Assembly: GCA_947581895.1 (NCBI GenBank)
Contig: CANPWE010000003.1
Span: forward strand, 3,005-67,004
Direction of reading: 5' to 3'
Length of the DNA: 64,000 nucleotides
Source: an uncultured Clostridia bacterium
Lineage (GTDB): Bacteria > Bacillota > Clostridia > TANB77 > CAG-508
Shown here: positions 1 through 10,148 of the stretch, piece after piece
Layout: each line of letters opens with the position of its first letter
Position numbering within the stretch: position 1 is the stretch's first letter
The notes under the pieces: generated by a model
What the model was told of the DNA's origin: nothing
The model's input: the letters and a program-made list of their open reading frames with translations, nothing else
Databases searched by the model: none
Translations under genes and position numbers: made by a program

Positions 1-894
1 AGTTACTGCTTCGTTATCATAAGCAAAGTTAGCATATAGAAAATCAAGTGAGCTATCCTCGTAATTTCTTCCTTCATAAGAAGTCGTATTTTTCTTTGAA
101 ATAGAAATGTTTGTGTTTCCTAAATTATTATATAAGCAAATCATCAAATAATTTTTGGCATTTTGTATATTAGGTATATTTTTCAATATATCTAATAACT
201 GTATTAAATTTTCTTTTACTATAAGTTTTAATTTATCTAATATTTTATAGTGGTTAACCGTTACACTTCCAACTTTTAAAGTATCTTTATAATATAGATC
301 ATCAATAACATCTTCTAAAATACTTTTTTCTTCTTGTGTAAATTCCTCTAGTTTGCATTTATCTTTTATTTCTTTTAAACGAAGTTCATCATCACTATTA
401 AGATTGATAGAATCAGTATTGATTTTATTAGTTTTGATATTATTAGCATTGATTCCTCGTAAATTCTCCGATTCAAGATTCGTAATATCTTCGTTTTCAG
501 AATCGTAATTTTTACGAGTCAAGAAACGTAAATTTTCCGTTTCTTCATGTTGTATTTTTCCAACATATATCAAATTAGGCTTTCCTAAGCCTTGTCTTTT
601 CTCTTGTACAAGTCCTACTTCATTTAATTGTTTAAATGCTTTTGTTGCAGTTTTATCAGACAAATTCAACTTTTCTTGTACTTCTTCTCTTGTAAAAATT
701 AAATATATATTTCTTTCTCCATCAATCCAATGATTTTTTTGTGATAGTGATAATCTATCTAGTAAAAAAGCATATAATATTTTACTATCTGAATTTAGTT
801 TATCTTTATATAAAGAACTTACAAATAGTTCTTGTGGTATTTTATAATACGAATTTTCTAAATATTCATTATCTTTATAAGGTTTAAATTCCAT
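1..894 (-). CDS. RepA_N-family replication initiator (copy A), C-terminus runs off window start
   Basis: Minus-strand frame open from 894 to window edge. Translation (MEFKPYK...YYKIPQELF...KDKLNSDSKILYAFLLDRLSLSQKNHWID...RQGLGKPNLIYVG) is a close paralog of ORF 10355..11302 and matches the Firmicute plasmid RepA_N signature. GGAG RBS 8 nt upstream of the ATG at 894. Confidence 0.75.
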   Translation of the reverse strand, partial: MEFKPYKDNEYLENSYYKIPQELFVSSLYKDKLNSDSKILYAFLLDRLSLSQKNHWIDGERNIYLIFTREEVQEKLNLSDKTATKAFKQLNEVGLVQEKRQGLGKPNLIYVGKIQHEETENLRFLTRKNYDSENEDITNLESENLRGINANNIKTNKINTDSINLNSDDELRLKEIKDKCKLEEFTQEEKSILEDVIDDLYYKDTLKVGSVTVNHYKILDKLKLIVKENLIQLLDILKNIPNIQNAKNYLMICLYNNLGNTNISISKKNTTSYEGRNYEDSSLDFLYANFAYDNEAVT

Positions 895-944
895 AAAAAG
901 TTCTCCTTTCTGTTTATTTGAAGAACTTTAAAACTACTTGATAT

Positions 945-1015
945 ATTTTTTTGAAACTTTCTTGAAACATTTTAAAAATTTTCTTGAAACTTTTTCTTGA
1001 AGAAAATAAGCAAAT
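945..1015. repeat. iteron-like direct repeats (ttcttgaaac x3-4) upstream of repA_N copy A
   Basis: Read directly: tttgaaactttcttgaaacattttaaaaattttcttgaaactttttcttgaag. Confidence 0.5.
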
Positions 1016-1138
1016 TTTATAGAATTTTTCTGAACTCAAAAAAATTATGCTATTCTTCATTTTAATTGAAAAATAGCATAATTCATAGTTTTTGAATTTT
1101 ATTAAATTCTCTTGAATTACCTTAAAAAAGGTAAAAAA

Positions 1139-1151
1139 ATGGTCGAGGCGA
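1139..1151. repeat. att-like 13-bp copy of the tRNA-Pro 3' end (atggtcgaggcga)
   Basis: Identical to 11584..11596, which overlaps the 3' end of the tRNA-Pro gene. The flanking ~250 bp are homologous to 11303..11585. Confidence 0.6.
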
Positions 1152-1384
1152 GGTGCCTCTTGAATTGCCATTTTTCTTTATATATCAACACTTTCAAAGA
1201 ATCTCTCATTATTGTTGAATTTTTTTGTTGAAATTTTAACACTTTGTATATCGCTGAATTTCATCGAATTCTGTTTAATTTTTTATAATCTTCTTAAAAC
1301 TTTTTCTTTAATTATTTTTAATCTTTTCTTTCATAAATTAGTTGTATAACAACAACTACTCTCTACTATTGCAAATACATAATC

Positions 1385-2758
1385 CTACTTTGAAAAATCA
1401 ACTCCAAAAATCTCCTTGCCCATTAAATATTTCTCCACATTTTGATTTTCAGAACTTTCAAACTCCGTATCAACATCAACATAATATTGCATTGTAATAG
1501 TAATATCAGAATGACCAAGTATCTTTTTCAAAACTGCAGGTGCAATTTTAGCTTCAGCACACCTTGTAGCGAAAGTCCCTCTAAGCATATGAGTATGAAC
1601 ATCAGTCTTTCTAACGAATTTTCCCTTTGAATTAATTTCCTCATATATACCAATCCCAAGTTTTAAAGCAATCCTCTTTAGATTGCTATTTATAGAATTT
1701 TCAATATGCATTGTTCTATCTTCTTTACAAAATAACAAATGATTTTTATTTTCAATCTTATGCTCTAAAGCCGACTCAATAATCTGCTTACTAATATTAG
1801 TCATACTTAAAGTTCTCTCTCCATTTTCAGTTTTAGCAGTTTCTCCAATTATTGCCTTACCTTTAATATTCTTCGTTTGAGTTTTCCTTACATAAATTTT
1901 CTCATTTTCTAAATCAATATCTTTCCCATAATCTAAAACTAAAGCCTCGCCAATTCTCATACCTGTACTTAGTAATAATAAAATCAAATATTTATTAGGA
2001 CATTCCTCATAGCTAACCGAATTTAAATAATCAACTAACTTCTTCTGTTCCTCAATAGTTAAAGCCTTCCTATGATGTCCCTTATACTCACTCTTGGGCT
2101 TTTCAACACGTTTCCAACCAGTCATAAAATTATCTGTTATTATATTCTCATATGTTGCTTGTCCATACCCCATACATATTAATTCATACACTTGCTTTAT
2201 TGTACTTTTAGAATACATTTTCAAGCCTTCCAAATACTTAATTACATCTTCTCTTTTAACTTTCACTATTGGCATATTTGCAAATTTTTCCTTTTGCAAT
2301 TTTTTTAATGTATCAGTCTTTCTCTTATAAGTAGCCTGTTTTATCTTACCTAAGTTATAATCCTCATCTAAAACACTTTCAACCAAATCAACTATAGTTT
2401 TATTGCTTTTAGTAATAATTTTAATGCCACCATTCTGATCCATTTTCAACTTTTCAGTTAATGCCTTATTAAAAGCCTCACTTTCATCTTTACCAACAAA
2501 AGTTTTTGTTCGTACCTTTCCAGTTGTTGTATCTCTTCCAACAGTGAGTATAGCTTTTGGTGTTACTATAAAATAGAAATTCTCACATTCTACATTATTC
2601 TCAAAAACCTTACCATTCTCAAACTTGCTAATATTCCTATATTTGCAAGTATCTTTGTATTTGCAATTACTGCAAATTTCCTTACTAGATAATTTGGTAC
2701 TTTTATCTTTTATTCTCTTCAAAAGATAAGTACCAGATGTTATTCCTTTAATTTTCAA
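1385..2758 (-). CDS. int: tyrosine-type site-specific integrase
   Basis: C-terminal catalytic region HTHMLRGTFATR...LGHSDITITMQYY (R..H..R...Y pattern of phage integrases). Lies adjacent to the att repeat. Confidence 0.8.
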   Translation of the reverse strand: MKIKGITSGTYLLKRIKDKSTKLSSKEICSNCKYKDTCKYRNISKFENGKVFENNVECENFYFIVTPKAILTVGRDTTTGKVRTKTFVGKDESEAFNKALTEKLKMDQNGGIKIITKSNKTIVDLVESVLDEDYNLGKIKQATYKRKTDTLKKLQKEKFANMPIVKVKREDVIKYLEGLKMYSKSTIKQVYELICMGYGQATYENIITDNFMTGWKRVEKPKSEYKGHHRKALTIEEQKKLVDYLNSVSYEECPNKYLILLLLSTGMRIGEALVLDYGKDIDLENEKIYVRKTQTKNIKGKAIIGETAKTENGERTLSMTNISKQIIESALEHKIENKNHLLFCKEDRTMHIENSINSNLKRIALKLGIGIYEEINSKGKFVRKTDVHTHMLRGTFATRCAEAKIAPAVLKKILGHSDITITMQYYVDVDTEFESSENQNVEKYLMGKEIFGVDFSK

Positions 2759-2924
2759 TGTACTTCCGTCCTTTCATAAAATTTCGGAAATACCTTGCAT
2801 ATTTTGCTTTTATGGTGTTATAATAATGTTATAAACATTTATGCAAGGAATTTCCTTGTAGCTCGAAATTTAAATGTTTTCTGAAGGTTTAAATAGTCGC
2901 ATATTTAAATCTTCATTTTTTTCT

Positions 2925-3149
2925 TTAGTAATTAACATTTTCGTTACTTTTAAAATACTCCTTAAATGATTCTTCCATAACAAGCCAAGACTTACCAATT
3001 TTTTTAGCAGGAAAATCCTTTTGGTGAAATAGTGCCAAGCAAGTTTGATTTCCTATCTTTAGTGCCTTTCTAATATCTTTTGTTTCCAAAAATGTTATGC
3101 CATTTAATGTTTTCATAACTGCATTCCTCCTTCTTTTGAATTTTGACAA
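2925..3149 (-). CDS. xis: excisionase-like HTH DNA-binding protein
   Basis: 74 aa with a helix-turn-helix (...GNQTCLALFHQKDFPAKKIGKSWLV...), directly upstream of int in the same orientation. Confidence 0.55.
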   Translation of the reverse strand: MSKFKRRRNAVMKTLNGITFLETKDIRKALKIGNQTCLALFHQKDFPAKKIGKSWLVMEESFKEYFKSNENVNY

Positions 3150-3351
3150 ATATTAATTTATCAATGTTTTTCCCTGTTTTAAAATATTTTATATTTCTAT
3201 TGACTAATTATAGGATTAGCCTTATAATATCAGTGAGAAATATTTAAATACTTTTCAAGTTCACATTCATTATACAATGGTCTTTATATAATGTCAACAA
3301 ATTTTGAAAAGTTTTTTATTTTTTCTAACAAGAAATTTTTAAGGTGAGATT

Positions 3352-4473
3352 ATGAATGTTTTTAATAATAAAAAGAAAGAAAGTATATCTGTTATCCTAG
3401 ACGCATTTCAAGATGCAGAAACTATTGACACATCTTTATACTTACATAAATCAAAGATTGTTTTGCCTAAGGGTAATAAATTTTTACATATACAAGAAAT
3501 AAATTTAAATCAAGATATAAAAGAAGATAAATTTGAACGTGCAGTACTTACAAGGCACTACGGTACATATCTTATAACTTTTTTAAATGCTGATTTTTCA
3601 AATGCAGAGAATGCATATAATACCTTTTTTATTTACTATGGAATTGAAGGTTTTGAAACACCAAGTGTTATGAAAGAGGAATTTCCAAAAGAATATGCAT
3701 CAAGATACAGTTCAACAAAAAAGTTTTTAGCTTACTACAATATGGTTTTTGATTTTTACAAAGAAGATTATCAAGACTTTCAAAGTAGTATAAGAAAAAC
3801 TGTAGATTTTGTATTCAACCTTCACGGAAGTAATAGCTGTTTAGATTTAGATAGATACTCAAAATTCGCTGCATATTCAGCTTCTATTGATTTAATAGGT
3901 CAATTTGATGGAGATATAAAACTTGGACTTGTAAACAATATAAACTCAAAATATGATGCAAATTTTACCAAATTAACTCTAAAGCAAACTGAACAACTTG
4001 CTTATGACATATCTGATAAGAAAATAGATGTTGGAATACATTCTATATATGAAACTACATCCCATTTTGCACTGGCTTATCTTGCATTAAGTGATTTAAT
4101 ACAAAAGTCAAAGAAGAACATCAATATATGCCAAAATTGTGGAAGATATTACGTGCAAAGTTCAGGTAAAGAAGTTTATTGTGATTTATTTAATTTAGAT
4201 GGTACACCATCTTGTAAAGTATATGCTTCTCGTAAAGCCTATGATATTAAAGTATCAGAAGACGAAGCTGAACTTGCGTATAAAAGAGATTATCAAAGAA
4301 GAATAACACAAGTTTATCGTGCTACTGGAGATGAAAAACAGGAATTGAAAAAAAATTATTTATTTTGGAAATCGCGTGCAAGAGAACAATTGAAATTATA
4401 TAGACATGGAAAAATTACTAAAGAGGAATTTTGTAAATGGATAGAAGAAAATAAAGAACTGAAAGGTGATTAA
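3352..4473 (+). CDS. hypothetical protein with C-terminal Cys4 zinc-ribbon
   Basis: 373 aa. CQNCGRYY...C...C cluster near residue 260. GAGAT RBS before the ATG. 8-nt overlap with the next gene suggests an operon. Confidence 0.6.
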   Translation: MNVFNNKKKESISVILDAFQDAETIDTSLYLHKSKIVLPKGNKFLHIQEINLNQDIKEDKFERAVLTRHYGTYLITFLNADFSNAENAYNTFFIYYGIEGFETPSVMKEEFPKEYASRYSSTKKFLAYYNMVFDFYKEDYQDFQSSIRKTVDFVFNLHGSNSCLDLDRYSKFAAYSASIDLIGQFDGDIKLGLVNNINSKYDANFTKLTLKQTEQLAYDISDKKIDVGIHSIYETTSHFALAYLALSDLIQKSKKNINICQNCGRYYVQSSGKEVYCDLFNLDGTPSCKVYASRKAYDIKVSEDEAELAYKRDYQRRITQVYRATGDEKQELKKNYLFWKSRAREQLKLYRHGKITKEEFCKWIEENKELKGD

Positions 4474-5146
4474 GACAATGCGAAGATTAAACATATTTAT
4501 TGATGAAAGTGGAGATTTTGGATTTGTAGATGGCAGTTCTGATTTATATGCTGTTTCTTTTACCATGCACGAAAGTGTAAATTCCATTTCAGATGAATTA
4601 AATTATTTAAACGAAAAATTAAAGAAATTAGATTATGATGGAATGATACATTTAGCTTATTTAGTAGCTAAAAGAGGAGATTATTCTCATTTTTCTCTAG
4701 AGAAAAGGAAAAGTATCTTCTGGGCAATATTCTACTTTTCTGTTAGATCAAAAGTTAAAATAAGAACAATTATAGTTGATAAAAAATACATAAATAAAAA
4801 GACTCAATTAAATATGAGTTTAGCAAGGGAAATCAGTAAATTTCTAAAAGATAATGCTGAATATATCAATTCTTTTGATAAAGTAGTAATTTACTATGAT
4901 AATGGACAAGAAACACTAGCTACATTACTAGATGCAGTATTTGCTACAAATCCTAATGTTGAAAGAAGAATTGATTTTGACCATAAAGAAAAGAGATTAT
5001 TTCAAGTTTCAGATATGTTGACTGTTATTGATAAATTGGACTATAAAAGAAAAAACAAGTTGCCTTTTACTAAGGCTGAAAAGTACTTCTTTAATGGTAA
5101 AGATTTTAGACAAATTATAAATTTATTAAAGAATAAAAGAATTTAA
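4466..5146 (+). CDS. DUF3800-family protein
   Basis: The N-terminus LNIFIDESGDFGF is the hallmark start of DUF3800. Translationally coupled to the upstream ORF. Confidence 0.6.
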   Translation: MIKTMRRLNIFIDESGDFGFVDGSSDLYAVSFTMHESVNSISDELNYLNEKLKKLDYDGMIHLAYLVAKRGDYSHFSLEKRKSIFWAIFYFSVRSKVKIRTIIVDKKYINKKTQLNMSLAREISKFLKDNAEYINSFDKVVIYYDNGQETLATLLDAVFATNPNVERRIDFDHKEKRLFQVSDMLTVIDKLDYKRKNKLPFTKAEKYFFNGKDFRQIINLLKNKRI

Positions 5147-5155
5147 AGTTAATAA

Positions 5156-5213
5156 AAAGCCATTCAGTAAATGAATGGCTTTTACTGACGCTCAGCGTCA
5201 GCACGGGTCAGGT
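5156..5213. terminator. bidirectional terminator hairpins between convergent genes
   Basis: aaaagccattcagtaaatgaatggctttt followed by the GC palindrome ctgacgctcagcgtcag. Confidence 0.55.
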
Positions 5214-5342
5214 CCTACTTAAGCTTAGCTCTTTCAGACCCAGTAGAATAATATCTACAATAAATATTATTCCTAATTTATTTAATTATACACTATTTTT
5301 TTTGATTTGTACATAATTTTTTTAGAAATTTTATAAATTTTC

Positions 5343-6038
5343 TTATGTATGTAGTTGAATGTCAAACCAATCTGCTTCATCACTAATTAGCCATTCTAAC
5401 GCTCTCCTTCTTTCTACAACAACAGAATGATTCAAATTTCCAATAGGGGTTTCCGGATGTATTTGTTTTTCTACACATGCCCAATGATAACAATAAAACA
5501 AATCTAATGCATCCATAATTTTCTCTTTTTTTATTAATTTGGGTTTACATGCTATATCATTCATAATATTCTTTATTTCATACATTACCATATCTACATT
5601 GCATATATTACTTGCATCTAAAGCATATTTATCCGCTTTATAACCAACAGCCCACAGCAACATAAATACACATTCGTATGTCCAAGCAACATCTATCACA
5701 TCTTGTTTTGAAAAATTATTTTCCATGATCCTTCGTTCTTTATCTAAAAAATCAGATTCATTTCCTTTACATTTCTTCATGACATCTAACATTATATTAA
5801 CTGATTCCTCATAATTCTCACCATTGTTTATAGAACAGGCAACTTGAATAGCGGTAAAAGCAGCAATGATTCTTTTCATTATTTCATCTTCACTTTTAAA
5901 AGTAACTTCCTCAACTGATTCCAGTAATGAAAAGTGTTCATTTACCATAACTCCTTGCTCTCTTAATTTTTCTATAGTTTTCTTTCGCCTTTCCTCTGGC
6001 GTTATTACTTTATTATTAAACATACCAAACAATCCCAT
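5343..6038 (-). CDS. hypothetical protein (cargo)
   Basis: 231-aa ORF with a GGAG-type RBS (aggaggaatatt...atg). No motif recognised with confidence. Confidence 0.5.
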   Translation of the reverse strand: MGLFGMFNNKVITPEERRKKTIEKLREQGVMVNEHFSLLESVEEVTFKSEDEIMKRIIAAFTAIQVACSINNGENYEESVNIMLDVMKKCKGNESDFLDKERRIMENNFSKQDVIDVAWTYECVFMLLWAVGYKADKYALDASNICNVDMVMYEIKNIMNDIACKPKLIKKEKIMDALDLFYCYHWACVEKQIHPETPIGNLNHSVVVERRRALEWLISDEADWFDIQLHT

Positions 6039-6156
6039 CTTAATATTCCTCCTATGTTTTATTTTAATCTTTAATTTTTTATTTCAAAAATACATTTACC
6101 CCTCAAGGTCACAATCAATCGCAAAATTTTCACTACCATTTACCCAAGCAACAATT

Positions 6157-7671
6157 TCATGACCACCGTAACACATAGTCGTTCATTTCGTTATCCATAT
6201 ATGCGTGAAAACTAAAACTAATAGCATCTGCTGAACTATAATTTGATTTTAAATCATCGTATGATGATGTTATAAAAATGCTCACTATACCCAGGTCATT
6301 TCTTACACTTTCTATTGTATAAGTATTTCCATTACCATCCTTTTCTTCCCAGTTAATACACATACTCAGTGCAAAATTCAATAATTCATCAATAACCTCA
6401 TTTTTCATTTCATTTATCTTTTTTAAAGTTTCCATGTATAAATCTATTTCATCATCGTCAAATTCAGGTATTGTAATTTCAGGTTTATAATCTCCAAATT
6501 CTAACTTATCACACTCGACTATTGCATCATCGTCATTGTCTTGCATATAGAATTTTACTTTACCCAATTTAGCATTCTGAAATTCAAATTTGGGTTCTCT
6601 TCCGCCAAATGTACTTATAATATCGACTGTTATTGCATTTCCATATAATAATTTTGAGCATAATTCAATAAATAGAGTGAGATTTTTATTTGCAAGTTGT
6701 TTTATTTCATCTTTATACTGAACATTGCAAAAATTATATTCATATTTTAAATTATCAGTATTATCATTAAAAACTATTACTAAACCATTTTCATAGAAGT
6801 ACGCATAATAATTACATTTTTCTTCTTTATTTTCAGTGTTATAGCATACATAGTTTTCCTCTTTTATAGTATCTGAAATTTTGTATGCCTTATTTTTTAT
6901 TTTATTGCATTCCTCTAAATAGATAGTATCATAATTAAATTGTTGTTCTTTTAATGTTTCTACTAATGGCTCTATTATGTCTGGAACATCATCATTACCT
7001 ATATTATCAATTTTTTTCTGTATTTGTTTATACAATAGCGAGTTTGATGAATTTGAAATTGTTTGCAGATTCTCCTTATTTATGTGATTAAGCACACTTA
7101 AAAGCTTATTGATATCTGTTATTCCTTTTTTCACAACACAATATTCAACAATACAATGCAATAATATTTTGTCTCCATGATTTGTTTTCGATATAATATT
7201 ATCAACAAATTTTATGGAAGCTTTGCTTTTACAAGACTGTAACTTTTCTTTTGCCTTTATTTTTAAATAATACATTGGTAATAGCCTTTCGTTAATTTTT
7301 TCAGAAGCATTTTGGGTTATAAAACTATTCCAATCACGCACAGAAAACATATTTTCTAAATTATTTTTGTATGTTTTACTGGTTATATCTTCTTGCAGAT
7401 TTTCTGATTTTTTTATAATATCTATACCGTTTAAATTTTTTATCATAAAATCATGACATATCTCATAACCACTTACTTTACATATTTGTGTTACACATAT
7501 TGCATAGTTCGGATTATTTCTAAATTTGATTGTTGCAATCATACATACATAATCATCGTTTCCATCCGCTGATTTACCTTTAAATTCTATTGTTTGAATG
7601 CCCTTTATTATCAACATTATAATATTTTGAATTTGACGATGAATATTCTTCAAATCTAATACCTTTTTCAC
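6157..7671 (-). CDS. hypothetical protein (cargo); the true start may be the internal Met at about 7542
   Basis: Long ORF. Its first ~90 nt overlap ORF 7580..7966 in another frame, so a downstream start (MIATIKF...) is likely. Confidence 0.5.
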   Translation of the reverse strand: MKKVLDLKNIHRQIQNIIMLIIKGIQTIEFKGKSADGNDDYVCMIATIKFRNNPNYAICVTQICKVSGYEICHDFMIKNLNGIDIIKKSENLQEDITSKTYKNNLENMFSVRDWNSFITQNASEKINERLLPMYYLKIKAKEKLQSCKSKASIKFVDNIISKTNHGDKILLHCIVEYCVVKKGITDINKLLSVLNHINKENLQTISNSSNSLLYKQIQKKIDNIGNDDVPDIIEPLVETLKEQQFNYDTIYLEECNKIKNKAYKISDTIKEENYVCYNTENKEEKCNYYAYFYENGLVIVFNDNTDNLKYEYNFCNVQYKDEIKQLANKNLTLFIELCSKLLYGNAITVDIISTFGGREPKFEFQNAKLGKVKFYMQDNDDDAIVECDKLEFGDYKPEITIPEFDDDEIDLYMETLKKINEMKNEVIDELLNFALSMCINWEEKDGNGNTYTIESVRNDLGIVSIFITSSYDDLKSNYSSADAISFSFHAYMDNEMNDYVLRWS

Positions 7672-7966
7672 TATAATATTTTGTTTTTGCAGTTATAATA
7701 TCAAAAATTTGTCTTTCATCTGAAATTGTATTTATTCCAAAAGTAGAAAGGTTAGATTTAGCAAAAAAGTCATAAGAATTTTCTTTTTGTTCTTCATATA
7801 CTGATAACAGTTTTATATTAAAACAGACATCTTTCAATGTAAAACTTAATTTCTTATAAGTAGCATTATTTAATTCTAAAATTTTCTTGAATTTCTCGTC
7901 GTTTTGCTCTTTGGGTTTGTCATTTTCTGTACTATTTTTCTTTTTGAATATGTCAAATAGTCCCAT
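7580..7966 (-). CDS. hypothetical protein
   Basis: 128-aa ORF preceded by aggaggaaactatat. Its N-terminus MGLFDIFKKK resembles that of ORF 5343..6038 (MGLFGMF). Confidence 0.45.
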   Translation of the reverse strand: MGLFDIFKKKNSTENDKPKEQNDEKFKKILELNNATYKKLSFTLKDVCFNIKLLSVYEEQKENSYDFFAKSNLSTFGINTISDERQIFDIITAKTKYYSEKGIRFEEYSSSNSKYYNVDNKGHSNNRI

Positions 7967-8023
7967 ATATAGTTTCCTCCTATAATAATGTTAAGTTAAA
8001 TTTCTTAACTAATACTTAGATTT

Positions 8024-8533
8024 TTAATTTTGTAAAATTTCGTAATTTAATAAATAAATTTCATCATCTAAACTTAAAAGTACAACTTCATCACCAACAT
8101 GTGTATTCTTTTGTACTTTTGATAATCCAATAAAGAATAGATTTTGACTGATACCATGCACTTTATGTGCTCTCATGTTTTCACTAATCCAGTCTATTTT
8201 ACCAATATAGCATTCATAATTATTATGCTCAATCAGTTTCTTTTTCGTTACATAATCGACTAATACTACTACAGGGTACAAAAATGAAACAAATAATTCT
8301 ATGAGTGGTCCAATTTTTATGACACTTCTAGCCTTAATTACAAATGTAAAGAAAAAGTATAATAGCAAGAATGATATAATACACCAAAGAAGTGCTACAC
8401 TAAAGAGAAATAGATATTCTAAATTTAGCTTTTGATTTATTTTCTTATGTATATTAGTTACATCTCCAATTCTCTTTATATTTCCGTTTTCACTTGCAAC
8501 CGCTAATATATTATTTTTTTCATCTACAGTCAT
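8024..8533 (-). CDS. hypothetical membrane protein
   Basis: Hydrophobic segments (LFLFSVALLWCIISFLLLYFFFTFVI; GPLIELFVSFLYPVVVLV). ggaggg RBS. Confidence 0.5.
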   Translation of the reverse strand: MTVDEKNNILAVASENGNIKRIGDVTNIHKKINQKLNLEYLFLFSVALLWCIISFLLLYFFFTFVIKARSVIKIGPLIELFVSFLYPVVVLVDYVTKKKLIEHNNYECYIGKIDWISENMRAHKVHGISQNLFFIGLSKVQKNTHVGDEVVLLSLDDEIYLLNYEILQN

Positions 8534-8818
8534 ATGTATCCCTCCATTTCTTAAAATTATTTTTCAGCATGTACTACTCTTTATATTATAATTATATCAT
8601 TACTTATAATATTTAGCAAGGATGCTTATAGGGAAGTTACTAGATAATGGTTTTTGTTAGAAAATGCTTTCAAGCTCAACAATACCAATAGTTTCATTTG
8701 AAATTTTTTAAAAATAATTTTCAATACTTATGTAACTAAAAAATGCTTGAAAGCATTGATACTACGTTTCAAAATTTAAAACCATTATCTAGTAACATAG
8801 GGAAGATTTTGTAAAAAG

Positions 8819-8858
8819 TAAGAGCGTAAAACCAATTATTTGCAATGGTTTTACGCTC
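8819..8858 (-). terminator. perfect 14-bp stem hairpin downstream of mobV
   Basis: agagcgtaaaacca...tggttttacgctct, immediately 3' of the mobV stop on the minus strand. Confidence 0.5.
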
Positions 8859-8927
8859 TCAATTTAGAAAATCATTTTTTTGTCCTAGATGCTTAGAATA
8901 AGGCCAGGACACTTTTAAATACAATCT

Positions 8928-10148
8928 CTACCACATATCTAATTCTTCTTCCTCATCAATCGTAATTTCATGTTCAATTTGTTCCTCAACCCTAAAGTTC
9001 ATATTTGTTTCCTTTTGAAAATCTCTAATTAGCTGTTCTTCAGATGATACCGAAAATTTACTACATATCCAAGTAATAAACTTAGATACTGTTACTTTGA
9101 ATCTATCAATTATTTTATGTAGTTTTACATTTTCATTATCCAAATCATCTATTATATCATTAAATTTCTTCTTAGTTTTCCTTATTTCCTTATCATACTC
9201 ATTTTTCAATTTTTCTGTTCTAGTTTCAAATTCTTTTTCTAAATCCCTGCATCTTGTTTTAAGTTCTTGATTTTCTTTTAATATTTCATTTTTCTCTTTT
9301 TGATACTTTTCTGCTATATCAACTACTTTGGCTTGCTTTGAAAGTTCTTTGTGTAATACTAAATTGTTTTGATAAAGCTCCTCTATTAAATCGTCTTTTG
9401 GTTTTATTATTTGTTCTTTTATTTTTTCATCTCTATTTATCATAATCTTTTTAAATTCCTTAATATTAGGAACTTCTGGCAATTCTTGTTTTATACTTTC
9501 TAGAACTTTCTTTGTATTCTCAAAATTTGTAATAGCTTTATATTTTTGAATTGGTATATGCTCATTTTGTGTTTCTTCTGATAGCAAACCTCGCTCGAGG
9601 TCAAAGCCTTTTGATTTTACATATCCCCAAAAAGCATTTTGCAAATTTCTATAACTATCTCTACCTTTCCAAAATTCTCTACAACATATTTTATCTATAT
9701 TATTTCCTTCTTTATCTTTTGTGTGGATTACTGGAATATATACTAAATGCATGTGTGGAACACCTTCATCTAAGTGTACTACTGCTGATATTATATTTCT
9801 TTCACCTAGATTATTGTAATCACATACAAACTTGTAGCTTTCTTCAAAATACCTCTTTGTTTCTTTTTCTCCAATTTTATTAAAAAATTTCTCATCTGAT
9901 GTTATTACAATTTCACATACAATAATGCTGTTACTTCTTATTTGACCTTTTAAGTCGTATTTTTCTTTTAGCCTATCAAATTCTTTTACATAGGTTAACT
10001 CATTTTTCTTTATATAAAAATTCATATATGATTTGCTTACATCTATATCTTTGTTAGTATGATTTTTTGCTCGTCTATCATTATGCATACATCTGCCTTT
10101 TGCTTCTGCCCTAGTTAATTTCTCGTTTCTTATAATTGCATAACTCAT
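8928..10148 (-). CDS. mobV: MobV-family (Mob/Pre) relaxase
   Basis: N-terminal AIIRNEKLTRAEAKG...HNDR and the motif VVHLDEGVPHMHLVYIPV (HxDE..PHxH), characteristic of pMV158-type relaxases. Confidence 0.8.
   Translation of the reverse strand: MSYAIIRNEKLTRAEAKGRCMHNDRRAKNHTNKDIDVSKSYMNFYIKKNELTYVKEFDRLKEKYDLKGQIRSNSIIVCEIVITSDEKFFNKIGEKETKRYFEESYKFVCDYNNLGERNIISAVVHLDEGVPHMHLVYIPVIHTKDKEGNNIDKICCREFWKGRDSYRNLQNAFWGYVKSKGFDLERGLLSEETQNEHIPIQKYKAITNFENTKKVLESIKQELPEVPNIKEFKKIMINRDEKIKEQIIKPKDDLIEELYQNNLVLHKELSKQAKVVDIAEKYQKEKNEILKENQELKTRCRDLEKEFETRTEKLKNEYDKEIRKTKKKFNDIIDDLDNENVKLHKIIDRFKVTVSKFITWICSKFSVSSEEQLIRDFQKETNMNFRVEEQIEHEITIDEEEELDMW

Noticed and set aside
914-1171. 85-aa minus-strand ORF in the track
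   Set aside because: Lies entirely in the iteron/promoter/att region upstream of repA_N copy A. No RBS, and no counterpart ORF in the homologous region upstream of copy B. Judged spurious.
1442-2330. Plus-strand ORFs of 62 and 78 aa inside the integrase gene
   Set aside because: Antisense to a well-supported 457-aa integrase. No RBS.
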